Assembly (NCBI GenBank): GCA_963762115.1
Contig: CAVXJH010000003.1
Span: 64,001 to 128,000, forward strand
DNA length: 64,000 bases
DNA from: Candidatus Babeliales bacterium
Lineage (GTDB): Bacteria > Babelota > Babeliae > Babelales > JANWKD01
Direction of reading: 5' to 3'
Made by a program: the position numbers and the translations under genes
Shown: positions 48,910 to 59,155 of the stretch, piece by piece
Numbering within the stretch: position 1 is the stretch's first letter
Layout: every line of letters starts with the position of its first letter
The notes under the pieces: model-generated
Database searches by the model: none
What the model was told of the DNA's origin: nothing
The model's input: only the letters and a program-made list of their open reading frames with translations

Positions 48910-51501
48910 ATGAATGAGCAAAAAAAGAATACATTAGGCACAAAATGGATCACTATAGTCGGTGCGCGTGAGCATAATTTAAAAAATGTCAGTGTGTCAA
49001 TACCTAAGGACGCCTTTACGGTAATTACCGGTCCTTCAGGTTCGGGTAAAAGTACTCTTGCCTTAGATATTTTATACACTGAGGGCAAAAGGCGGTATAT
49101 GGAGTCACTTTCATCTTATGCCCGTCAGTTTTTAGGAATTGCCAAGAAGCCTGATTTTGATCGCATTGAAGGGTTATGCCCATCAATTGCTATTGAGCAA
49201 AAAACGGTAGGTAATAATCCTCGTTCAACCGTTGGTACTATTACAGAGATTTATGATTATTTACGCGTATTATTTGCGCGTATTGGAAAAGCACATTGCC
49301 CAAAATGTTCTGTTGTTATTGCTGCGGAATCTCCTGAAAATATCACACGCATGGTCTTGAAAAATTTTGACCAACAAACGGTGACAATAGCTGCTCCTGT
49401 AGTGATTGCTAAAAAGGGTGAATTTATCCAACAGCTACAAGAATTATTTACGCAAGGTTATTACCGTTTCAACATTGATGGTAAGAAGTATCGTTTTACC
49501 AATGTTGAAGAAATAATGGGATTAAAATTAGGAAAAACATATAAGCACTCAATTGATCTGTTATTAGATGTTCTTGAAGTTTCATCGCAAGAACGCTCGC
49601 GGTTGCAAGAATCAGTTGAGCGTTCATTTTCATTGGCGCAAGGATTTTGTAAAATCATTGTCGGTGAAACTGAACATGTTTATTCTTCAAGTCGTATTTG
49701 TTTGCAGTGTGCCACCTCATTTCCTGAGTTAGAACCGCGACTTTTTTCTTTTAATTCTCCCATTGGCGCTTGTAAGAATTGTCATGGTCTTGGCATATTA
49801 AACGTTATTCCTTGGGCTCGAGACGGAGCACAAGAGTGGAAAGAAGGCTACGATTATTTTTTCTCAGCGGCTTCACAAAATTCGATCTGTACTTTTTGCG
49901 ATGGAAAACGTTTGAATCCTTATGCGCTTGCTGTTGAGATTAATGGTAAAAATATTCAAGATATTGCAAATCTTTCAATTACCCAATCACTTGCATTTTT
50001 TAGTAGTATAAAACTTGATGAAACAGAAAAAATGATTGCGGAAACAGTTCTTAAAGAAATTCATAACAGGCTTATGTTTTTAGACAATGTTGGCCTTTCG
50101 TATTTGTCTCTCAATAGAACCGCGCGCACGCTATCCGGCGGTGAGGGTCAACGCATTCGGCTTGCGACTCAAATTGGTTCAGCATTAACGGGCGTTTTAT
50201 ATATTCTTGATGAGCCAAGTATTGGTTTACATCAACGAGATAATGATCGCTTACTTGAAACACTCAAGAAATTACGTGATCAAGGAAACACGGTTGTGGT
50301 GGTGGAACATGATCTTGATACCATTGCACATGCTGATTATTTGATTGATATGGGTCCTGCAGCAGGTATTTTGGGGGGACAAGTTACGGCATTTGGGAAC
50401 CCTGATGAAGTTGCGCAAAATCCGGCTTCATTGACCGGTGCTTATTTAGCAGGTAAACGCACTATTGCTTTTCCTGAGGCTATTCGAACGCCGCAAGGGT
50501 ATTTAACATTACAGCATGCACAAAAAAATAATTTAAAAGATCTTTCAGTCTCAATTCCACTAGGCGTTTTATGTTGCGTTTCAGGGGTATCTGGTTCTGG
50601 TAAAAGTACCTTGGTTCTTGATGAATTAGTGCCAGCGGTTGAAAGAGCGTTATCAAGCAGAGGCAGATCAAAGCAAATTTTACAAGCTGACGATAACTTA
50701 ACCGGTGCAGAGGTGTTGGAATCATTGGTGGTGATTGATCAATCACCAATCGGCAAAACGCCACGATCAAATCCAGCAACGTATTTAGGCATTTTTGATG
50801 AAATTCGAGCTCTCTTTGCAGCGCTTCCTGAAAGTAATGCTCGTGGTTATAAAGTTGGCAGATTTAGTTTTAATGTTGAAGATGGTCGTTGTTTTGAATG
50901 TCGTGGTGATGGAACCATTACCGTATCAATGCAGTTTTTAGCTGATGTTATTATGGTTTGCAAGGTTTGTGGTGGGAAACGGTATAATAAAGAGACTTTG
51001 GATATACGTTATAAGAACAAGACTATTGCGGACATATTGAGCTTGTCAGCGCGAGAAGCCGTTGAGTTTTTTGCGGCCCATAAATCAGTTGCAAAACGAT
51101 TACAACTTCTTTGTGATGTCGGGCTTGATTATTTGACGTTGGGCCAACCTTCAACAACGTTGTCAGGTGGTGAAGCGCAGCGTATTAAGCTCGTGAATGA
51201 ACTTGCAAAACGTGGTAATCGAACGCTTTATATTCTCGATGAACCAACAACGGGTTTGCATAACAGTGATATTGATAAGTTAATTACGGTACTTAATAAT
51301 TTGGTTGCTAAGGGCAATTCGATGGTGGTTATTGAGCACAATCTTGATGTGCTCAAGATTGCGGATCATTTGATTGATTTAGGCCCTGAAGGTGGCGATG
51401 CTGGCGGTATGATTGTTGCGCAAGGAACGCCGCAAGAAGTTGCCAAGGTTGAAAAAAGTCATACCGGAAGATATTTAAAAGAGTTATTTAAAAATTTTTA
51501 A
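48910..51501 (+). CDS. uvrA: Excinuclease ABC subunit A (short form)
   Basis: GAREHNLKN, two Walker A motifs ([16 protein letters not shown]), two LSGGE signatures, zinc modules. Confidence 0.97.
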   Translation: MNEQKKNTLGTKWITIVGAREHNLKNVSVSIPKDAFTVITGPSGSGKSTLALDILYTEGKRRYMESLSSYARQFLGIAKKPDFDRIEGLCPSIAIEQKTVGNNPRSTVGTITEIYDYLRVLFARIGKAHCPKCSVVIAAESPENITRMVLKNFDQQTVTIAAPVVIAKKGEFIQQLQELFTQGYYRFNIDGKKYRFTNVEEIMGLKLGKTYKHSIDLLLDVLEVSSQERSRLQESVERSFSLAQGFCKIIVGETEHVYSSSRICLQCATSFPELEPRLFSFNSPIGACKNCHGLGILNVIPWARDGAQEWKEGYDYFFSAASQNSICTFCDGKRLNPYALAVEINGKNIQDIANLSITQSLAFFSSIKLDETEKMIAETVLKEIHNRLMFLDNVGLSYLSLNRTARTLSGGEGQRIRLATQIGSALTGVLYILDEPSIGLHQRDNDRLLETLKKLRDQGNTVVVVEHDLDTIAHADYLIDMGPAAGILGGQVTAFGNPDEVAQNPASLTGAYLAGKRTIAFPEAIRTPQGYLTLQHAQKNNLKDLSVSIPLGVLCCVSGVSGSGKSTLVLDELVPAVERALSSRGRSKQILQADDNLTGAEVLESLVVIDQSPIGKTPRSNPATYLGIFDEIRALFAALPESNARGYKVGRFSFNVEDGRCFECRGDGTITVSMQFLADVIMVCKVCGGKRYNKETLDIRYKNKTIADILSLSAREAVEFFAAHKSVAKRLQLLCDVGLDYLTLGQPSTTLSGGEAQRIKLVNELAKRGNRTLYILDEPTTGLHNSDIDKLITVLNNLVAKGNSMVVIEHNLDVLKIADHLIDLGPEGGDAGGMIVAQGTPQEVAKVEKSHTGRYLKELFKNF

Positions 51502-51934
51502 AAGATTTATCTTTTCTGCGATTTGCTTTTTTAACTGTTATTCTCCAAACTTTTTCCAGATTGTTTTTCTTTTTTTGTTTTTTGAACCTGTTTGATTGCG
51601 TTTGTACATGTATGGTTGGTGCTTGTTTTTTTGTTGGACTAAACCAAAAATTATAAACAAATTTGCTAACACAATAACCTATTGTTGTAGCTGCAAGAAA
51701 AGCTAGAGTTGCTTCAGTTTCAGGATCAGTATGATGTTTATCTTTAGCAATGTGTTGCATGTCTTGATAAGCGCTGCATGCAAGGGTTAATGTCCCGCCA
51801 GTACTTAAGCCAATAAAAAGATATTTTAAAAAAGAATTGCTTATAATGGACTTGTTTTCAGTTTCCATTGAATAGGATTGAGATACAAAAAAAACAAGAA
51901 AAAAAAGATTGGTAAAAAAAGGAATGTTTTTCAT
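51488..51934 (-). CDS. Secreted/2-TM hypothetical protein, paralog of 52020-52520
   Basis: Signal ..SYS|ME; HHTDPE motif; basic tail. Confidence 0.7.
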   Translation of the reverse strand: MKNIPFFTNLFFLVFFVSQSYSMETENKSIISNSFLKYLFIGLSTGGTLTLACSAYQDMQHIAKDKHHTDPETEATLAFLAATTIGYCVSKFVYNFWFSPTKKQAPTIHVQTQSNRFKKQKKKNNLEKVWRITVKKANRRKDKSFKNF

Positions 51935-52019
51935 TTTGAATACCTTAGGTTGTCCTTTTTCAACTATTAATGGTAAATATGTTTGATATTTTTGTCTAGA
52001 GAGCATTTTGTAAATTAAT

Positions 52020-52520
52020 TTAATTTCTAGCTTGTTTTCTATAAGGCACTTTTCCCTTTATCTTTTTTTGTTTTACCCAGCCTATATTTTTTTTATGCCG
52101 TATTTTTTTTTGGCGATTCGAATTATTTTGTGTTGCTGGTTGCGTTTTTGTATTAAAAAGCAAATTATAGCAAAAATGGCTTATGCAGCCGCCTGTTAAT
52201 GATGTTGCTAAAAATATGGCCGCTCCTTTTGATTCAGGATCATTATGATGTCTGCTTTCTGCATCCTCAATTGTTGATAAGGCAGAAGTATAAGCTACAT
52301 AGCCAATGCTCAAGATGCAGCTGCCAATATATAACGATTTTAATAATAAATTTTGTGAACAAGTAACAGGAGTTGAACTGCTTTGAGTAATTTGTCTTTG
52401 ATGAGGATCCATCGACCATGAAGATATGAAGATAAGATTACTAAATGAGAGAATTATTGATAGTAACATTGTTTTTTTATATGCATATTTGAATATCTTA
52501 TTTTGCGTGATCAAAACCAA
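52020..52520 (-). CDS. Secreted/2-TM hypothetical protein, paralog of 51488-51934 (alternative ATG at 52469)
   Basis: ..SWS|MD; HHNDPE motif; basic tail. Confidence 0.7.
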   Translation of the reverse strand: MVLITQNKIFKYAYKKTMLLSIILSFSNLIFISSWSMDPHQRQITQSSSTPVTCSQNLLLKSLYIGSCILSIGYVAYTSALSTIEDAESRHHNDPESKGAAIFLATSLTGGCISHFCYNLLFNTKTQPATQNNSNRQKKIRHKKNIGWVKQKKIKGKVPYRKQARN

Positions 52521-52636
52521 GCTCCTTTACATTTTTTGAATATATTTTATTATCAATTAATAAAAACAATTGATATATTTTTAACGTTACAGCTTTATTA
52601 GAATACAATCGATCTTATTTTGAGTGAAGGTTATTC

Positions 52637-53734
52637 GTGATTATTTTAAAAAAAATATGTATTTCTCTTCTTTTCTTATCAGTTTTTGTAGCACAAGCAG
52701 CTGACCAAGATTTAATACTATCATTTAATCGCATTAATGATCAAAACATTGAGTGGTATGCTAACAAAGTTAAAACTGAATTAGAACATAATGCACTACA
52801 TAAAAAAGTTATTATTGTTGGCGCTTTAGCCGGTCTTGGGTATGTAACCTATCAGCTTTTATATGGCGGGCAACCTTCACCAATAAAACCTATTGCGAAG
52901 ATTGAAGTGCCACAAACTGATAGTATCATTTCTCAACCTTTAATCGATGTGATAAAACCAATTGAAAAAAAAGAACCAATCTACCCACAATTAACGCCTG
53001 ATGGTGTTTGGTTTTTGAATAGTGAAGGTGCAACTAAGCGAGCAAAAGATAATCTTTCTTTAATTCCTTGGGTATATGTTTGGGCAAAAGAAAATTTTTA
53101 TACTTTGGTACAACAAACTGCTGTGTTGGCTCTTTTTACCGGATTAAATAATTCTCTTGGACCAATTAGTAAGTATATTAATGCTTTAGATGGTGCTGCT
53201 GATAAATTCACTGCTCGCATTTTTCATGCTGGTAACCTTGCATGGTTCCTAAAACAGCATACGCAGCTTTCGTTACTTTTTACTACTCTTGAATATCATG
53301 CTGGCAAACTTGAGAATCGGCCTGTTGTTGTTACACAAACTATTTCATTGCTGTCTGATCAACAACATATAAAGGTTAACCAAGATCTTGTGTCATTAAC
53401 ACAGGAAGAAAAAATCTATCATGTGCAACAGCTTCAACGTAGTTGGAATATTGCCGTACAACAAATTGAATATGTGTTTGGCTTTATGAAATTTTCTTCA
53501 TCGCAAGTCAAATGGTATTCTTTAGCGGCTTTACAAGCGCAATCATTGCAAGCGACTATGCAACATGAATTTGATACCTGTGCGCAAATCTTAGAAAGCA
53601 ATAGTGATATTCTTCTGAATAATTATGAGATTTTATATAAAAAAACATTATTTGAATCATTGCAAATGTTGCATATGAATATTGAGCAAGATCTAAATGC
53701 ATTTGCTGATCTTGAAAAATTGAAATCTTATTAA
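52637..53734 (+). CDS. Secreted/membrane hypothetical protein
   Basis: Signal ..AQA|; TM helix; helical C-terminal domain. Confidence 0.7.
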   Translation: MIILKKICISLLFLSVFVAQAADQDLILSFNRINDQNIEWYANKVKTELEHNALHKKVIIVGALAGLGYVTYQLLYGGQPSPIKPIAKIEVPQTDSIISQPLIDVIKPIEKKEPIYPQLTPDGVWFLNSEGATKRAKDNLSLIPWVYVWAKENFYTLVQQTAVLALFTGLNNSLGPISKYINALDGAADKFTARIFHAGNLAWFLKQHTQLSLLFTTLEYHAGKLENRPVVVTQTISLLSDQQHIKVNQDLVSLTQEEKIYHVQQLQRSWNIAVQQIEYVFGFMKFSSSQVKWYSLAALQAQSLQATMQHEFDTCAQILESNSDILLNNYEILYKKTLFESLQMLHMNIEQDLNAFADLEKLKSY

Positions 53735-53750
53735 AAAAATATCAAAAAAA

Positions 53751-53772
53751 AGAGGAGTAGTAATACTCCTCT
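53751..53772. terminator. Terminator hairpin between convergent genes
   Basis: agaggagta-gtaa-tactcctct preceded by an A-run (T-run on the minus strand). Confidence 0.7.
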
Positions 53773-53807
53773 CATCATTTAAATTGTTTGTACCTTTTTA
53801 ATATTTA

Positions 53808-55385
53808 TTATGAAAAAGCAAATCCACCTTTAATCCACACTGCCCATTGATTAAGTGCAAAGTTTTTCTTTCCTGAAAACTCAGTTTCACCGCCAATACC
53901 AACAAAGGGACTATAATCACAGTTATCCCACACATAACTCACATGAGCAAAAACTTTATGTGACATTGCCGTTGGGTTGATTGCAGAATCAATTGAGAGG
54001 CTGTCGGTGGAGATATACACATTAGTTGCATCATAAACAGCAGCGTTTGCACCGCTAATAGTTGTTGTGCTGGCTGTTCTATTAACATTAGGATTTGGTC
54101 TAGCGGGTGTACCAGTAGTTCCTGAATCACCGGCAACGCCATAGGTGTTTGCGGGAATTGGTTGTGTGATGACTAACTTATCTTTTGTTCTTACCCAGAA
54201 TTCGTAACCAACATCAAGATTAAAGCCACATCGCTTATAATCAAAAAGCGCAACAAGATTTGCATGAACTGAGTTACTTACTTTACATTCACGTGCTAAA
54301 ACGTTTGGTCCAAATAAGACTTCTCCTGCATAGGCATTATTGGCATATTTTTTGATGAGCAAACGATTGCTTCCTACATTTTGTGTGCCATCAGCATTTT
54401 TTAAATCAAAAATTCTGCGTTGTTTTCCTTTGAATATATGATAAGCAACACCTTGAAGCCATACGCTAAATGATGAATCACAACAATTATTCCAGAATTC
54501 GTAATGTGCATTAAGACCGCCACCAACTTCAAAGCGTTTACCATTACCGCAAATAGGCTCAAATAAGAAAATTGATTCTGGTCTGTTGCCGGTTGGAAAA
54601 ATACCTCTAATGTCTATGCCAACATGATACATATCACAGCACAAGAAATTATAACCTACTGCCAACTCAACGTCAGCAACACGTACCTTAGATTTTTTGC
54701 CGGTTTCTGTATCATCACTTACTCTGCCATATTGTAATGTTTGTTTTAAATCGGGCAAATTAGGGCTGAGAATCTGACCATTGAAAGCTGTTTTTATGCT
54801 GCCAATAGGAGAGCTAACATCGACCGTGTTACCAAGTTGGTTTGCTGCAATGAATTGGCCGGTGGTGTTGACTGTTTGATCAAATGACATTTTCCAACTG
54901 GTCCAGTTAATGGGAACATATAATTCAGCATATAATCCTTGTACCCATTCATCGAAATTTACGCGCACTTGAAAATCAGCAACAAAGTTTTCAACTTGAG
55001 GTAATGCTGTTAAGAGGCCATTGAATTGATCGTTTAAATAAAAATTGCGTCCAAAAATGTCTATGCCAGCAGCAGCTTCAGCACCAAATGTCATGGTATT
55101 CGTACCATTAACAAAGAAATAATCACCAATTTCATCACGATCAAATGAACGCATATAGCTTGGCACTGCGGCAAAGTAACCGTTTAAGCAATCAGTATCA
55201 CAAGGAACAAGAAATTGAGGGGTAACGCCAGCTAATCTTCGGGGTAGATCGTTGCCTTGCGAGCGGTTTGAAAAAAAGTTATGGCCGAAATTTTTTGTCG
55301 ACTCATCTTCTGCAGCAATTATGGTAAAACAAGTTGCAAAAAAGAGGGTAAAATTCAGTATTTTTTTTAGTATTTTTTGATTCAT
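53808..55385 (-). CDS. Probable outer-membrane beta-barrel protein, Cys-containing
   Basis: Signal peptide, alternating amphipathic strands, C-terminal WAVWIKGGFAFS beta-signal-like end; AAGGAG RBS. Confidence 0.75.
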   Translation of the reverse strand: MNQKILKKILNFTLFFATCFTIIAAEDESTKNFGHNFFSNRSQGNDLPRRLAGVTPQFLVPCDTDCLNGYFAAVPSYMRSFDRDEIGDYFFVNGTNTMTFGAEAAAGIDIFGRNFYLNDQFNGLLTALPQVENFVADFQVRVNFDEWVQGLYAELYVPINWTSWKMSFDQTVNTTGQFIAANQLGNTVDVSSPIGSIKTAFNGQILSPNLPDLKQTLQYGRVSDDTETGKKSKVRVADVELAVGYNFLCCDMYHVGIDIRGIFPTGNRPESIFLFEPICGNGKRFEVGGGLNAHYEFWNNCCDSSFSVWLQGVAYHIFKGKQRRIFDLKNADGTQNVGSNRLLIKKYANNAYAGEVLFGPNVLARECKVSNSVHANLVALFDYKRCGFNLDVGYEFWVRTKDKLVITQPIPANTYGVAGDSGTTGTPARPNPNVNRTASTTTISGANAAVYDATNVYISTDSLSIDSAINPTAMSHKVFAHVSYVWDNCDYSPFVGIGGETEFSGKKNFALNQWAVWIKGGFAFS

Positions 55386-55643
55386 ATAAAAATGCTCCTT
55401 TTAGACAATTTTGATCTGATAAGAAAAATAGTTTGATTGTATTTTTTGTAAGAATTTTTCTCCTTTCGTTCTCGATCACCAAACGCTAATATATTTAGCG
55501 TTATTCGTCAAATTATTTATGAGTGGATCGACTGATCAAGAAAAAATACGTATAATGCAAATACTGCAAATGTGAAGTGTTATGTAAAGGAAATTCAATG
55601 AAAATTTAGAAGACCTAATAATCACCTATAACTGACAATGTTT

Positions 55644-55871
55644 CGAAATGTCATTCCGAGGCACATTGTGCCGTGGGAACCCAGATTATAAAATTCTATT
55701 TATTTTTAATTATTTGGGTTGCACAATTTTTACAATAGATTAAAAATTATTTTTATGTATAAGAGATGTTGTTCTGTTTCTTGATCATTGGTTTTTTCAA
55801 TAATGATTTAATTTAACAAAACATTATAATCTGGGTTCCCACGGCACAATGTGCCTCGGAATGACATTTCG
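55644..55871. repeat. REP/MITE-like element with 48-bp perfect terminal inverted repeats
   Basis: 55644-55691 is the exact reverse complement of 55824-55871; 132-bp AT-rich spacer. Confidence 0.92.
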
Positions 55872-55963
55872 GGTTTAATGTCTTTTGTTTTAGGCTTAAT
55901 TCTTTTTAGCTTAGATGATTTTATCTATCGAATTCGCATATTATATATAGTCGAAAGTGATAT

Positions 55964-56752
55964 TTGATGCTTTTGTTACTTATTTTTTTTCTTATTCCAA
56001 TTCTTCTTGAACCTTTTCCCCTAAGCAGTTCCGGACATGCACTGTTATTACATGAATTTTTATCAAAAACCTTTGGGATTTTTTTGTATGAAATTCCTTC
56101 ATATTATGATCATCTTTTGCATGGTCCGATTGCCGTTGTTGTGCTTTTATTTTTTTGGCGGACTTGGTTGCGAATCCTGAAAATAAGTAGCAAAGAGCAG
56201 ATTAAAACGATGTTTGTTGCCGGTGTTATTGCCGATGCAATTACCGTTTTTTGGTATGAATTTTTTTCAGTAGTTGGCACGTCATTTTTCCCTTTGGCGC
56301 TTGGTTTTTTTATTACCGCATGCTTATTATTTTCTCTTGTGTGTTGTGCGACAAAAGTACGAGAGCAACCATTTACTTTGTGGGCGGGGTTACTTCTGGG
56401 TATGACCCAAGGTGTTGCTTTGTTGCCGGGTATTTCACGCTTTGGAACAACGTTTGTTGTTGCTCGTTGGCTTGGCTTTTCAGCGCAAAAAGCATTTATA
56501 TTCTCATTTTTAATTGAATGGCCAATAAGTGTTGCTGGTTTTTTTAAAGGTGCCTATGAAATGCATCAAGCGCAAGGAGATCTGAGTGAATTATTGAATC
56601 TCTCTGTCGGCTTGGTTATTCTAGTAGCAATGCTTGGCGCCTATGGAGGTTTTTGTTTGGTCCAGCACATTATTAATCAAAAAAGATTGTGGTTATTTGG
56701 TTACTATGTTTTGTTTCTTTCGCTGGTTTCTATGATGCTCAATTTTTTTTAA
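55964..56752 (+). CDS. uppP: Undecaprenyl-diphosphate phosphatase
   Basis: EPFPLSSSGH, LH.P, Q.VALLPGISR.GTT, FSFL motifs. Confidence 0.9.
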   Translation: MMLLLLIFFLIPILLEPFPLSSSGHALLLHEFLSKTFGIFLYEIPSYYDHLLHGPIAVVVLLFFWRTWLRILKISSKEQIKTMFVAGVIADAITVFWYEFFSVVGTSFFPLALGFFITACLLFSLVCCATKVREQPFTLWAGLLLGMTQGVALLPGISRFGTTFVVARWLGFSAQKAFIFSFLIEWPISVAGFFKGAYEMHQAQGDLSELLNLSVGLVILVAMLGAYGGFCLVQHIINQKRLWLFGYYVLFLSLVSMMLNFF

Positions 56753-56768
56753 ATGAACAGGGGGATGT

Positions 56769-59021
56769 GTGTTTAATTTACAAAAATTACGCTCTTTGCA
56801 AGCGTTACTACCGCGTTTTTCAAGAACATTAGTCTATGGCATGAGTATGAGCCTTTTTGCCGTGTGGTTAGCATGTGCATTATGGTCATTTGATAAGCAA
56901 GATCCATCAATTATTTATATTAGTTCTTACAAATTATTTTGTTCTAATATGTGTGGAACTAGCGGCGCACATACTGCTGCATTGTTATTTTTTTTGTGTG
57001 GTAGTGCGGCTTATATTTTTGTTTTTTTTATGGTGTTCGTTGCCTTACGTTGTTTTGCAATGAAAAGTTTTAAATCTGATTTTGATGCTTATATTGCGTA
57101 TGGCACGGCGTTAGCAGCCTTTGCTGGATTGAGCAACATAACGCACGTTGATCCAATGAATGCTCAAGTGCCCGGGGGTGTTCTTGGGTATATGGTTACT
57201 CAAGGGGTGAAGGTATTGTTTGATGACTTTTTAAGCATCATTTTTTTGTGTGTTGTTTTAGCCATAAGCATACTACTTATTTCTAGAATTTCTTTTGTTA
57301 TTGTTGGCAAGTATGGTGTTATAGTAGTTAAACACGTTGGTAAGATGTTGTTGTATGCGGCACCATTAACAGTACGTAGTATAAAGAAATGTACAAAGGC
57401 GTTATATCGCTTATTTGATGGCTCGGAGGTTCAAACAGATTCTTATTCAGTTGTTGAATTTGAATTGGGTGTCATGGATCCGGATAAAATGGTGGATTTG
57501 CAAGCAGAAGAATTTTGGAATAAACGTTTTGCAAAACAACCTGAGCACACAATACAGCAGCCGGCATATAAACAACCGGTAATGCCTGAAAAGCGAGAAA
57601 AAATTTCGGCTGCACTGCAACAAAAAAAAGAATGTCCTTATGTTGTGCCATCATCTTCTTTCTTTACTTGTGCTGACCAGCAGAGTAATAGTAGTGAGCA
57701 GATCAAAAGTAATCAGTTGCTTGCAAAAGTGCTTGAAGAAAAATTAGAACGGTTTGGGATTCATGGTTCAGTCATCTCCATCAAGGTTGGACCGGTGATT
57801 ACTTTGTTTGAATATCAGCCACATATTGATTCTAAAATTAGTAAAATTATTGCTTTAGAAGATGATTTGGCGTTAGCACTTCAAGCGGTGAGTATTCGTA
57901 TCATTGCTCCTATTCCCGGTAGATCGGTGGTGGGTTTTGAAGTTGCCAACAAGCATCGGCGTGGTGTATTACTGGGCAAAGCTTTGCAATCAGCAGAATT
58001 TCAACAAACTTCCTATTATTTACCGTTAGTTTTAGGTGAGGATAGTATTGGGACAACGGTGATTGTTGATTTAGCATCAATGCCGCACCTGCTTGTTGCC
58101 GGCTCAACAGGGTCTGGCAAATCAGTTGCACTGAATGCGATGCTTATCAGTCTGTTGTGTCGCTATTCGCCGCAACATTTGAAACTTCTCTTAATTGATC
58201 CCAAGCGATTAGAATTTGCCGCTTATGCGGATATTCCCCATTTATTAGTGCCAATTGTCACTGATCCGCGAAAAGCTGCGCCGGTATTGCGATGGGTTGT
58301 TTCAGAAATGGAAGAGCGTTATGCGCATATGGAAGCGTGTAAAGTAAGAAACATTTTTGATTATCATCTTTTGTGTCAGCAAAATCCCGAGCTCAAACCC
58401 ATGCCTTTTATGGTTATTGTTATTGATGAATTGTCTGATTTGATGATGACTGCTGCTAAGGAAACTGAAGATTTGATAGCGCGTATTGCCCAAATGGCAC
58501 GCGCAGCTGGCATTCACATGATTGTGGCGACACAACGACCTTCAGTTGATGTTATTACCGGACTAATCAAAGTTAATTTTCCCAGTCGCATTTCCTTTAG
58601 GGTAACTTCAAAAATTGATTCAAGGACTATTTTAGATTGTGGTGGTGCTGATAAGTTACTTGGCAAAGGCGATATGCTTTTTCTTGATTCAGCTTCTCGA
58701 TTGCAGCGTGCTCATGGTGCTTTTGTATCAGATGCAGAGCGAGCTAAATGTGTTGCACATATTCGTGCGCAACAGTTGCCAAATTATATTGATATAATGC
58801 AGGATTTCGCCATTTCATCGGCAGATATTTTTCAAGAAGATGATGCATTGTATCAAGATATTGTTCAATTTGTGAGTACTGTTGATGAAGTTTCAATTTC
58901 ATTATTGCAACGCAAATTTCGTATAGGCTACAATCGCTCAGCACGAATTATAGATCGTTTGCAATCAGAGGGCATAATTATGCAAGAGCCAGGTGGTAAA
59001 ACAAGAAAAGTAATTAAATAA
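56769..59021 (+). CDS. ftsK: DNA translocase FtsK
   Basis: N-terminal TMs, GPVIT.FE, PHLLVAGSTGSGKS, IDELSDLMM, ATQRPSVDVITG, gamma domain LQRKFRIGYNRSAR. Confidence 0.97.
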   Translation: MFNLQKLRSLQALLPRFSRTLVYGMSMSLFAVWLACALWSFDKQDPSIIYISSYKLFCSNMCGTSGAHTAALLFFLCGSAAYIFVFFMVFVALRCFAMKSFKSDFDAYIAYGTALAAFAGLSNITHVDPMNAQVPGGVLGYMVTQGVKVLFDDFLSIIFLCVVLAISILLISRISFVIVGKYGVIVVKHVGKMLLYAAPLTVRSIKKCTKALYRLFDGSEVQTDSYSVVEFELGVMDPDKMVDLQAEEFWNKRFAKQPEHTIQQPAYKQPVMPEKREKISAALQQKKECPYVVPSSSFFTCADQQSNSSEQIKSNQLLAKVLEEKLERFGIHGSVISIKVGPVITLFEYQPHIDSKISKIIALEDDLALALQAVSIRIIAPIPGRSVVGFEVANKHRRGVLLGKALQSAEFQQTSYYLPLVLGEDSIGTTVIVDLASMPHLLVAGSTGSGKSVALNAMLISLLCRYSPQHLKLLLIDPKRLEFAAYADIPHLLVPIVTDPRKAAPVLRWVVSEMEERYAHMEACKVRNIFDYHLLCQQNPELKPMPFMVIVIDELSDLMMTAAKETEDLIARIAQMARAAGIHMIVATQRPSVDVITGLIKVNFPSRISFRVTSKIDSRTILDCGGADKLLGKGDMLFLDSASRLQRAHGAFVSDAERAKCVAHIRAQQLPNYIDIMQDFAISSADIFQEDDALYQDIVQFVSTVDEVSISLLQRKFRIGYNRSARIIDRLQSEGIIMQEPGGKTRKVIK

Positions 59022-59155
59022 ATTCGACATTTATTACCAATGTTTTATAATTAATTTTTTATATTACTTGACAAGTGATCAAAAAATGACCATTTTGTCC
59101 TCAAGTAAAAGTAATTAACACACATGTTTAATATTAAAAAAGCGGAGATTCATCG

